The notes beneath the pieces were generated by a model. It saw only the letters and a list, made by a program, of their open reading frames with translations. It was not told the DNA's origin and ran no database searches. DNA of 64,000 nt, from positions 1,612,001 through 1,676,000 of the forward strand of contig ML978127.1 of assembly GCA_010015805.1 (NCBI GenBank). The letters run 5' to 3'. Made by a program: the position numbers and the translations under genes. Origin of the DNA: Rhizodiscina lignyota (lineage: Eukaryota). Below, piece by piece: positions 1 through 11,588 of the stretch (positions within the stretch are counted from its first letter, which is position 1; each line of letters opens with the position of its first letter).

Positions 1-100
1 CTGGGACAGGCCCGTACGATGGATTGCTGATGGGATTAGGGCGCGCAAAAACAGCGCTGGAAGAGACAAGAACTGAGATGAAAGTCGTTGAGAAATACAT
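1..100 (-). CDS. 5' end of a secreted protein (runs off the window)
   Basis: ATG at 100 reads MYFSTTFISVLVSSSAVFARPNPISNPSYGPVP, a hydrophobic signal peptide with an AxA|R-P-type cleavage site. A TATA-like TATAAA lies ~70 nt upstream on the minus strand. Confidence 0.6.
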   Translation of the reverse strand, partial: MYFSTTFISVLVSSSAVFARPNPISNPSYGPVP

Positions 101-935
101 CTTTGAATGTCGAGGGATTGTTAAGGCCGTTGCTGGATGTTAAATTGATACCAAGTGAAGCAGCCTACCTTTATACAAATTATGGAATCCACTCTATCGT
201 ATGTGGCTTATAGCTGCACTTCTGTGTGCAGGTTGTAGTCTGCTCCTCAGTGACGTGGAGTCGGGTTGGTCAACATAAAGAACCCTTTCCCGATTAGGCT
301 CATTTTTCGAAGCTAGCCAGACTCACGATGTTGCAGCCCACAGTCTTGTGGATAGTTGCCACTTATTTGCCCTAGGGAGCTAAGGACGCAGGACTGCACA
401 GCCTGGCTGAAAGGCTGGGAGGATCAAATAATGGTCAATTAGCGAGATATTGTGCGCGGACAGACCTCCCCCGCCTTGCACTTTGGTGCTGGCCATGCGC
501 ATTTTCTCACTTAGGTAAGAAGCGCACTTGTCGAATTCGGCATGCGCGAAGTAGCGCGACAGGGATGATACAGATTTCCGGGCCTGCATGACCAAGGACC
601 ACTGAATCCTCCTTCAAAATGCTTCGCCTTTGCACGACGCCTCATTAGAGATCCACAGTGGAATAACAAGGAACGTTGTCTCACCGCTGCTTTCACAGTG
701 CTTCCTTCGGCAACATGACGTCTGGAGGAACAGCCACAATTCAAAAAACGAAATATCCCTCACCTGTCATTCAGGCACGACTTGTCGCGGCTTTGAGCAC
801 ATGTGGGCTTGGTCATGAGTACTTCGGCATTGTGCTCTCGGGCTTTGGGCCTGCTCAAGATGCGATACTAAATTGGTTGAAATAATACGGGAACCCCGAA
901 GGCTGAGAGCCCAAAAAGTCATGGGATAATTCACC

Positions 936-2250
936 CTACAACTCCTCTACTGCCTTCGCAAGGCCTACCACCTTCGTTTCTACGTTGAAAGTTGAGTAGT
1001 AATGCTTGAGCAAAGATCCTCCGAGTATCCAGAACCCAACGTCGCCGCCATTTATGACTGTCTGACACATTCCAGGATGCCCCTCGATTGGACCGGCGTT
1101 GAAATCCCTCGATGGGATGGTGTACTTGCGTCCCTCAATCTCGAAGTCGAGCGTGGCTGGTAGCTCGCAGATCCTCTCGCACGCAATCCCGAAAACGCCA
1201 GTCTCGTTGAGGAGCTTGATATCTATCGAGATATGCTTATAGATTGCGGCGGCATCATCATTGCTTGGAGCGACGATATTGGACGTGCCGGTGTCAAGAA
1301 CAGCGAAGTTCGCCACGCCGGTGGGCCGGCCGTTCACGAAGATGTTCGTAAAGTTGACGTTCCAAATTGATGCGAGAAGACCATCGGTAACAGCTGGCCG
1401 AATGTAATGTATGTCCCCGACAAACTTGGAATGATCAATCGCACCAAGCGTCAACTCCGCGTGTCCGGTAGATCGTGGCGGTATGTAAAAGCTAACAATT
1501 GGTTCGAGAAGTTCTCCTGCCGCTACCAGCGCTGGTAGTATTGGATTCCTCGCGCCATCGAGATCCGCTGCGGACCCAAGACCGATTACCGCCTGAAAGT
1601 GCTTGAGGAACGGCGCAAAACCCGGCGTCGCACTGTCTACGAGTCCGATTTCCTGGTTATCGACGGTAAGACCGCCAATACTGACTCGGTCGGTATTAAG
1701 AAATCCACTTTGGCTCTCATTGCCTGGTGTAACGCCGCCACCGGTGAAGAAGCTGAATTCAAAGGGTGTGTTGGAGGAGAGGTTAAAGGTCCTTGACCTT
1801 GAAGGATTGAATTTTGAAACATCTTTTGCGCAGCCATTCGCAGGAGTACAATCTGCGCTTGGGATAAGGAAGGTAGGTGAACCGGTGTCGAATACCGCAG
1901 AACTATAATACCGTTTAGCAGAGTATTGCGCGATCGATGGTAGCAGGTTGTTTACAAAGTCTGAGGAGGGGAGCCAATTTCCACATTGCCTATCCACTAC
2001 AATATCTTAGCATTTGATACTGGGACCTTTGGGATCCAATACTGCATACCTGAAGATCGGTGCCCTTAAAGAAGTCGACTAGTGGCACTTGGGCGGCGCC
2101 ACTTTTGTGGCTATGACGGTTAATCTTTTGTATTCCATCGGACCGTTGAATCGCCTTGACATGAATCTTCTGGTAGCCGTGATGATTCGGCGCGGCGATC
2201 GTGGAGAGAAGAAGACAAGAAGTAACGACCGTATACAAAATTGCGCCCAT
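936..2250 (-). CDS. Secreted pepsin-like aspartic protease (family A1)
   Basis: Signal peptide MGAILYTVVTSCLLLSTIAAP. Introns at ~2049-1996 and ~1954-1905 give DLQ-WIGNVEIGSPPQTF-SAVFDTGS. Second catalytic motif VLDTGTS; C-terminal WILGGSLLKHYYSTF. Confidence 0.93.
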
Positions 2251-2920
2251 TTTGCAAAGTTTGAAACGAAACGAGTGACTGAAGTGGGATGAATACTATG
2301 AAGCACGAAGGGATTGTTTGCCATCAAATACCTGATGCATATCTCCTTGAAGCTGACACAAATTGTACCTACCTTAAGCCTATTCAGGCCAATAGCCTAC
2401 TGCAACTCCAAGAGCTTATGTCCTTTCCGTATAAGGCATGCTTCCAATGCTGACCACATTCAGCAATAGGCGACTTCGCAGCTTTGAACGTTTCTCGGCC
2501 TGAGTATTGCCTTGTCGTAGGATTGAGATTGAAGTCTCGTAAGCGAGTATTGAAGCCGTCGTGTTTGAAGACCCGATCCAGGCGGAGGTTAAATCCGGCC
2601 AATGTATCGACAAAATAAAGGGGGCCCTGTGCTGAGATGATACAGAGCTGAGGGTAATTGTATGACTGCAATGAATAGTTGTGAATGTCAGAAGCAGTTC
2701 GCTGGCGCGTTCCTATCGAATATCTCCGGCTGGGCGCGTCGGCAAAATTATGGCAGCCACAGGGCGACCAAAAAGGTTAGTCATAGTGCGCTAAGTCATA
2801 TATAGTAACTACTACCTGGAGTAAACACGACTTGGTTGATTCATCGCTGATAGAATCCGATAGAAGACGCTGATCGAGATTAGGGATATTCTTTGATATA
2901 GCTAGGTCTAGAAATGTTCC

Positions 2921-3836
2921 AATGCTGAAGCAAAGGGCAAAAAAAAAAGACGACCGATTTTAAACATAGGAAAAAAAATACAGAGGAAAAAAAGAAAGAA
3001 GCCCGTCTTGGGATATGAACTCTGGATATCCGGATTTCGGTCGGCCTATGGGTTAGCAGGGGGTCAAATGCACTGTAAACGGTTAACGTGTAGATGTTCT
3101 TTTCGGGTTAAAACTCTTACTTAGATTACCACCTCGGCCATTGTGCAGTGGCCGATTGGTGAGAGATCTAAATCTGAAATTAATTATATAGTCAACAACT
3201 TAAACACCAGATTACCTTGGTATCTTACTTTGATGCGCCGCACGAGGTTTATAACTACGCCGCCAGGCTTTCGATTTCGATATAAGCCGTCGATGACAAA
3301 ATACAAAATATAGGGTCTATCTCTACCTGTGATACTAAAGTCCAAAGCTAATATTCTTCTTTCTTTCCCTCTCAAAACATCCATTTTTGGTAAATGCCGA
3401 AGCAAAGGGCAAAAAAGAAAGACAACCGATTTTAAACATAGGGAAAAAAAGCAGGAGAAAAAAAGAAGCCCCTCTTGGGATATGAACTCTGGATATCCGG
3501 ATGTCGACCTATGGGTTAGCAAGTTGAGCGGACGCACTGTAAACGGTTAACGTGTAGATGTTCTTTTCAGATTAATATGAAACGCACTAAGATTACCACT
3601 CGGCCATTGTGCAGTGGCCGATTACGAGAGATGTAAACCTGCAATTAATTATATAGTTAACAACTTAACACCGGACTACCTTGGTATTTTGGTGCGGCGC
3701 AGGAGATATGACTACGCCACCAGGCTTTAGATTTGGACATGAGCCGCCGATGACGAAATACAAAACATAAGGTCTTTGCCTGTGACACTGAAGCCCAAAG
3801 CCCAATGTTCTTTCTTTCCTTCTCAAAACATCCATT
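2921..3836. repeat. Tandem duplication of a ~450-470 bp non-coding unit (copy 1 ~2921-3385, copy 2 ~3393-3836)
   Basis: Co-linear shared blocks occur in both copies, e.g. GGGATATGAACTCTGGATATCCGGAT, GCACTGTAAACGGTTAACGTGTAGATGTTCTTTTC, TCGGCCATTGTGCAGTGGCCGATT and TCTCAAAACATCCATT. Confidence 0.95.
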
Positions 3837-3894
3837 CGGACCATTCCTGGTATCTCTTTAAACCATCAAACAACCTTCCCACACCGCAAAACAC

Positions 3895-5816
3895 TCAAAA
3901 ATTGAAGCTCTCATAGACCACTTTCTTCCCCGGCAGCCAGGCGAGTAGCTGCTTCTGCAGTCCTGTCCCCGCACAAGAATGCCATGTATTGCTCTTAACA
4001 CCATCCAAGTCCTCCTTCTGCAGTCTTCTCAACTCCACTTTCGCGCCTTCCTTCATCAACCTCTCCAGCTTTTGCCGGAATTCCTCGCTCCGGTCGGATC
4101 GGCTACCGGTGAAGAAGATTGACGTCACAGCGGCCAGTCCGGGATATCTAGAGAACGTGTCGAGTACTAAATCGATATCGTCGAGGCGCAGTGTCCACAG
4201 CAGCCTCATTCTCTTCGGATCGAGGCCCGCTAGCTGTCCGAGTAAAGGTGTGATACCTACGCCACCAGCTACAAACGGTATCAATTCGCCTTTCTGAGTT
4301 TCTTCACCGACATTAAATTCGCCTCCGAAGCCTCTTATCGGGATGCTTATGCCGTCGGCTCGTCGAGTAGTGAGGAAGTGCGTGACCTTGCCGACTGTCC
4401 TTGCCGTGATCTCGAAATGGTCGTCCGGGGGTTGGTCTGCTTTGTTCGGCGTCGAAGAGACAGTGAATGTACGGATGTAGTCATCATTCAGACTTCGAGG
4501 ATCGTCGTTCGCCATATGCCGGTATCCAATGTCAAGCTCACTGTGAAGATCTAGTGCTACCCACTGGCCAGGTTGGTAACGTACGGGCTCCTCCAGAGCG
4601 AATCTATACCGGAATATGTCAGGCGATACTCTCTGTCGACTTACTAGCCTTGCGTGGTTAGAGGTTTGCTGGAGCTTGGAAGCCATATTGCCTTCACTCG
4701 TTAACAATCGCAGATTGGGATTATATGGCGAGTATTCTCCTAAGGATCCTCGGAAGGAGAGCCCGTTCTGCACAAATCTTGCGGCGGTTATCTTCAGCTT
4801 CAGCGCGAGGTTCGACTGCGGAAGCACGGCGGCAGCAGTTTCCCCGAAGAGTACCTCTGTCTTGCCGGTCACGTACAGGACTTCGCCAGTTTCATAATCC
4901 GGAAAGCACATGCCCGCTTGCGGTTTGAACTTGAGGTTCCCTAGAGTCTGATATAGTCGGTTGCCACTGTATTCGGGATAGACGATCACTGCACCGTCTT
5001 CTTCGTTCGACATTATACGGACGAATCCTGGTGGGCCGCCACGGTGGTTGGTGTCCATATCCTTATCACCAGCGGCGCTGGATATGAAGAACATGTCCAG
5101 TCTGTTCAGCAATGCTAACGCTTCCGGACCCAATTTGATGGATTCTGATATCAACTTCGGCGACGGAACAATGGGTCTGAGGTCTTTCTTGTTGAAGTAT
5201 TTTGGACAATTTCCTGCCTCATGGTTAGCATCAGTGTAGGACGGAAACGGGAAATATCATAGCACTTACCCAAACTCTGTTCAATCTGTACAACAAGTTG
5301 CACCATCTCTGCAGTCATCTTTTCCTTCTTCGTTCCATCCGGCTCTCTCACCCCTTCAGTCCCTTGTACGTCTTCATCCGCAACATCAACCTTGCTCCTG
5401 CACCCAGCGATCAACCTTCCGTACAGCTTCACTCTTTTCCTTGTCTCAAGATGGAGACTCAGACCAGCCACCATCCGTCCCGGCTGCTCCTCTTTCTTCA
5501 CCTCTCCATCAGCATTCCCACCAACCAACGCCTCAACGACCGGATCATACTGGCCATCCACCATCTGCCGCACGCCCATGAGGTTGCCACCCAGTGGGGC
5601 CGTGAAGCCGGGCTGGCCGCCCCAGATGGATGTCCACGGGCGTCCTTGCTTGTCGACTGTGCCGATGGCCAGCAGGTGGCCGCGCTGCAGCATCATTGCT
5701 AGCTGCTGTGAGAGCGCCGACACCGTCGGGTTGTCATAGCCCGACGGGACGTGCATCTTGCGTTGCATTTCTTTCTCGCCGTCATTCCAATCCATGGCTA
5801 ATGTTAATGTTGCCAT
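3895..5816 (-). CDS. PNPOx-like (FMN split-barrel) / FNR-like FAD-NAD(P)-binding fusion oxidoreductase
   Basis: Intron 5269-5214 restores SLGNCPKY. Split-barrel motifs DKQGRPW, NHRGGPPGF and YSGNRLYQTLGNL. FNR motifs RTFTVSS and AGGVGITP; C-terminal ESFNF. Confidence 0.88.
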
Positions 5817-6992
5817 CTTGAAAGACGAACGCCCGAGGGGCTTTTTATTCAAAAGGCGGATGGGAAAATTACGTAGTGGGCGGATATTGGTCGCTTAGAA
5901 ATGGGAAGGGGAGTGACGAAAGAGACGATAGAATTGAATTATCTTCCTTCAGACACGTCAGTAGCAGACTGGCGAGCTTTCTCGAAACCTCATCGGCCGC
6001 TCCTGCGAGCGGCGTGCGGCATCGCGAGATCGCGGCAGGGTCTGGTACCAGAACAAGGGCCGAGTCACAAGTTCGAGAGCAACTCCACGGCATGTCGATC
6101 GTTCGTCGATCGTCCATATAGTCCAGCAGGACCCCTCTCGCGCGAAAATTAATAATCTTTGGGGCCCTAGCCATGCACTGTACGTAAGAAGGGTCCTGAG
6201 GGTCTCAGACTCTCAGTAAGATTTGGCATTACCCGGAATCGGTTAGCTTCCGACGCGACGGAGAAAACGCGGAAGGCGCGGAAAGGGGCGCGAGATGGGA
6301 GAGAGATAGCCACGTTGTAGGAAAGAGATGCAGGTGAGTAAGCATGTCTCAGTCTGGATGAAAAGTATATACATGCGGCATGCTTCGACTGGGCATGGAC
6401 AAGAAAGAGTGCATTTCGAGATGTATGAGAATACTTCGGTTCGAAGCACGACGATTACGGATCGATTGTCGTGGCGCCACCCCAACTTCACCACGCACGA
6501 TCGAGAGGCACAACTACATGCACGACTAATACAATTACGGATAGACACTATCAAACCAGAACCGATCGATGTAGATCCACATCCAGATGAGACTTCAGAT
6601 TTCAGGCACAACTTCCATGCTCTCATGTATTCTCTCATGGATATCTCTACGTAGCTCTTGAGCAGCCTGGAACATTCCAGGTTAAAACAAAAGGCCAATG
6701 GAACGCAAAAGTAACCACCGCTGCCCTATGCAAAAGTACCTCTATCGTATCCAGGACGACAGAAACATGTCGAGTCTAGCCAGCCATGATATGCAACCGC
6801 CCGGATGCAATGCCCCAACCGTAACCCATGTTTAGAAAACGAGCATAAAAACATGAAAGATCTTTACTTTCGTCGTAACCAAAGCACGATATCATGTCTA
6901 GTAATGTTACAATTCGAGGTTCTTTGCACAGGGGCGCGTCGCTGGTCGTGTCGGTCATTTAACAGGGGTTCGTGTATACTGTCGGGTTCCAT

Positions 6993-9900
6993 TCAAGGTG
7001 CTGTCGCCTCCTTAGATCCCGGATTTTCAGGAGGAGGCTCAATCTTTCCTTCCTCTTGCCTTTTCCTCAATCTCTCCTGCTCTTCACTGATAGGATCGTC
7101 ACCTGCATCGCTAGCACGAGCTTGCGAACCCTCCGCCTCAGCAACCTCCCTCGCTCCACCGGCAGGCCTATCCTCACTGGGCTTTGTATCCACTGCCCAG
7201 GCATCTGGCTGAGCCTTCATGAACCATCCGCCCTTCTCCCACTCACCGGGCTGATACAGCGCGTCTTCACGAGTCTTCTCATCCACAATCCCCGCCATTA
7301 GTTCAGAGAGTCTCGAGAACGAAATCGGCTTGAGGATCCAGCCATCGAATCCAGCGTCAATGTACGTCTGCCGCTCCTTCTCTACGAGAGACGCGCTAAC
7401 AGCGATGATCGGGACGCGGCCGTTTAGAGCTGCGCGTGCGGAGAGCGAATGATGAGGATGGGCCTTCTCGTGGCTGCGGATGAGTTTGGTTGACGTCAAG
7501 CCGTCGACAATGGGCATCTAGTGAGATGTGTTAGGAGTAGTATCCGAGCCCACAGTTGCGAATTAGCAAAGTCTCACCTGCATATCCATCAACACGACGT
7601 CAAACCAGCCCGCCTTCTCCTGATACGCTGTCGCGCACTCTTGGCCATTGACCGTCAAGTGGATCTCATGGCCGAGCTTCTCTAACCTCTTCTTTATGAT
7701 CTTGCTATTGATGGGATCGTCTTCGGCGACCAGAACATTCATAGAATCGACTCTGACGTGTGTGCCCGAGGAGCTCGCTATCGTATCCTGTCTCGCGATT
7801 CCAGAGAAGCTCTGCTGGCTGTACTCCGTGCCTGCAGGACTTCGATCACCAGCGCCTGATATCTCGCCAGCAACGAAACCAGCACTGGGTCTTCGAGGAA
7901 TGGCATCGAGTGCGGTGCCGGCGTTCTCTTCTTCCGGCACGCGAACAGGCTTGATGGGCGTCGACATATTTGGCAAAAGCTGTTCACCTGGATGATTGAT
8001 TACATCTTCGCTCTGGGCACCCGCATTTCCAGTCGGACAACCTTGCCTACTATTCAGCTCTTCCAAGCTCTTACTCTTCGACCGATGCATCGACATGCTC
8101 GGACTGTGAGGCTGGCTAGTAATGCTTCCCTTGCTCCTTCGATTTCCAGCGTTCGTGGCACTTTCGCTTCTTTCTCCCATCGACGGCCGCCGTGAATGGA
8201 CCATGTGCGGTGCTTGAAGATCCCCAATGAGACGATCCACATCGCTATGGCCGCTCTGAGCGGAGCGGAAACTACGCAAGCTCTTCCGGCTGTTGACGCT
8301 GTCGTTGCTGGTCTTGCGCACCATACCCATGCTCGCGCTATCTGGCCGCTTCGAATCGCGATCGACGAGCGTCACTTCACCCTGCTGTGCCTCTGCACCA
8401 GGAGTGATCGAGCCCTCCGTCGTCTCTCTGGTGATCGGATCCTGTGGCTCATTGTCCGGTAGGAGAAACGGGAACTGTACAATGAATCGGCTTCCATTGC
8501 CCTCTTCACTCTTCAGTCTCAGCTGGCCATTCATATTTCTGACGATTCGAGCAACGATAGCCAGGCCAAGTCCTAATGTCCTCTTCTTGCTCTTACCGTT
8601 TTCATCGTCGATCGTCTTTGTGTTCATTGAAAGCGTCTGCTCCAACGTATCCGTCGACTCGCTCTGGACTTGCTCCAGGTCCCGGAAGAGGAGGTCTAAA
8701 GTGCTGTCCGACATGCCGACGCCCGTATCCTGCACTGCCACCTCCACAAAAGCCTTCTTCTCTTCTCGCACTGCAACGTACGCTTCTACTTTCACGCCGC
8801 CCTCCTGCGTATTCTGGATCGCGTTGGCCGTTATATTGGTAATGGCCTGCCGGACCTTTCTTTGATCGCCGATGACGTTTGTTGGAAGGCCTTGTGCTTC
8901 GATAACTTCGTAGGAGATTCCCTTCCTCCTCGCATCACCCTGGAAGGGCTGTGTCGCTTCGCTAAGCGTAGCCTTGAAGTCGAAATTTTCGCCCTTGATC
9001 AGGTCGGCGCCCTCCTCGGTCTTCGTGAGATCAAGCAAGTCATTAATGACATATATTAGCGACTTCGACGCGCTATGGCTCTTCGCTAGATTTTCCCTCG
9101 TATCTTCATCCAGCGCGCTCTCTAATGCAATCTCAAGGTAATTGATGATCGCATTCAGTGGTGTTCGGACTTCATGTGCGGAATTCGCCAGGAGTAACCT
9201 CGTCAACTGACTGCTCTGTAGCGCGGCCTCCTTCTGTCTCCAGACTTCGATGAATTTACCATACACGAGACACAGCACCGCGGCCGTTTCGATCTCTTCC
9301 TCTTTCCACTCGCGGCACTTTCCTATGACCGTTTCGGACCATAGCTTGAACGAACCTCTCGGTTCGAGATAGCCCTCGGTTCCTTCTCGGATGACCTTCT
9401 CGTACGGATTTCCAGCCCACTTGACCTCTCGTAGCTGGCCTTTGCGGAAGAACACGATGAAGTCGTTTCCACTGACGCTAAGAGGTACGAGTAGCAGTCC
9501 AACGATAACTTGGAAGCCTGGCGGATATCTCAGGTCTGGAAAGTCTTGCGCAATATCTTGAGATGATAGTACCGAAGTGAGCTTGCGCATACGTAAGTAC
9601 TCCAGCAGCACTAGTGCTTCTTGGCTTGAATCCACACTGCCGAATATTTTAGTCTCGTCTCGTATCGCTAATAGCCCAAGGTCTGCGTCAAAGAGTTTCA
9701 ACAAGTCCTCTGACGAAGCGATAATATATCCAGAAGGATTTGCCTTGGTCGGAACTGTGTTGATGAGTTTACGCGCTTGCAAGCGAGAAGCATACGATAA
9801 TCGTTCGATATTTCGAGATGCGGAATCGCCGACTATACGACATAGCTTGCGAATAGGGAATGATACGCGCATTCCTTTCGGACCGTATGTATGACATGAG

Positions 9901-11588
9901 ATGAGACCCCACAACTCGTCGAAGGCGTTGATGGATATGGACATGGATGATCTAACGGCCATGTTTGCGAGATATTTGAGATGTATAGGGGACATGGCGC
10001 GTAGGTAGGAGTATGTGAGGTCGAGAGGGGTTTCGAGGTCTTCAACCGTTCGGCATACGAGTCGTGCTGTCTCTTGATCACGGTCATACAGGAGACGTAC
10101 GCGATTGAGCTTGTACATGTCTCGTGCCTGCTTGGGAATGTCAGAGGCAGGGAAGTTGAGACCTTTGTAGAGGTCTTTCGTTGCGCGAGGATCAACGAGC
10201 TCGGTGACAACGCGGCCGTTCCAGGCTTGGTCAAATTGGTAGATCATGACTCGGTGGAAGCCAGTAAGCTCCTTTACCACGCCAACCAAGACCTTGAGGA
10301 ACGTTTCGAGGTTTGGTGCTGATGCTAGTTGTTCCTGGACCTGAGCCATAATGTTGAACACCTCCATAGCAGCAGCTTCGCCTTTCCGCTTTCGTGCGCC
10401 TCGGAGTACCCTGAGGGGTTTGCTGATGTTCTTTGTGCTTTCCTCTAATTCTTCTGTTGTGGGGTCGCTGCTCAGCGTGTCTTCTGGTAGCTCTGGCGTT
10501 AGTTCGCCCGGGGGAAGGAGTGGATTGATGTGGTCGTCTTCAAGCTCAAACTCGCAAATAACTATATCTGGATTCGTGGGACATGTATGAATTGCACACC
10601 ACAGCTTCGTTGACCTTGGACGGTTTGGCGCCGTGATGGACATGGTGAAAACCTCTGGCCCACTGGTATCAATATCCATGTCTTCATCCCTGATGAAGTC
10701 GAGATGATCCATCAAATTGTCGCTCTGTTCTTCCGTCAGGATGTCCGTAAAGCTGTCAAGTGCGAACAGCTGCTTGGGCGAGTAGCCGATAATTCGCCTA
10801 GAGTTTTCGCTGACTATTCGAACCACCAGTTTTCCTTCCGATTCCTCTTGTAACCCCACTAGAAGTCCAAAGCCCTGCACTGCCCCAGGAATGTGAATTG
10901 GTTCGTCTTCGCATCTTTGCAACGGCTCACCCCCTCTGCCTGTGATGATGTGATGTCCATCTTCGGTCGTCACATGCTTGAATCTCGTAGTGAGAAGTCC
11001 TGAATCCTCAATGCTGCTTCTCGCGCTCTTTGTCGAGAAACCTCCTGTAGAGAGCCGTCGATCGCCTGGATCGCTATCTGTTGAGCCTTTGGATACGATA
11101 TCGCTGAACACCTGGGCAGGTAATCCAGGAGCATTCGGTCGTTTTATCGTTCGCGCCGATGCTGCAGTCTCCTCCGGCGCTCTCTCGGAGCTTGATTGGC
11201 CACTGCCAGGTATTATTCCGCCGTGCGAGCTATCAGAACGAGACTGCCGTCGGGCATCTTGAGCGCGTGCTGGATTGTAAAAGTAGGAATCTTGCCGCTC
11301 ATAGCTAGGGGTTGCTGCTGGTGCAGGTGTAGGATTGACAGACATGACGCTGCGGATAGGGAACACTCTATCTGTAGCGCCAGGACTGAGCTGGTGAGCT
11401 AGAAGTGGTGTTGGTAAAGGCAAGCGACCAGAATCTCTGGGATCTGCTCCTGTAAGGCGTGTGGTAGATTCCCAGGTGAAGGGAGTGGGTGAAGATGAAA
11501 GCGAACCCTTCGCTTTGTCTTGGACTTGTGACGACGGAGGGATGTCGATATTTTGCGGATCTTGAGAGCCTTGCGTGTGATCCGCCAT
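6993..11588 (-). CDS. fphA: Fungal phytochrome (PAS-GAF-PHY-histidine kinase-receiver)
   Basis: Bilin-binding Cys in RCEDEPIHIPG, PASDIP, LRAMSPIH, PHY tongue PRGSF, H-box HEVRTPLNAI, HATPase DTGVG and LGLGL. Receiver DVVLMDMQ|MPIVDG is split by intron 7577-7518. Confidence 0.97.

Noticed and set aside
3184..3550. ORFs 3184-3537 (-) and 3329-3550 (+)
   Set aside because: They cross low-complexity A/T runs of the repeat, are not kept in frame in the other copy, and show no protein motifs.
2921..3836. Tandem repeat as a CRISPR array, LTR pair or functional tRNA genes
   Set aside because: Only two long adjacent units, no spacers, no internal retroelement ORF or clear TG..CA ends, and the acceptor stem and cloverleaf do not pair properly.
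6390..6460. GGTTCGAA B-box-like word
   Set aside because: No A-box or cloverleaf upstream; not a tRNA.
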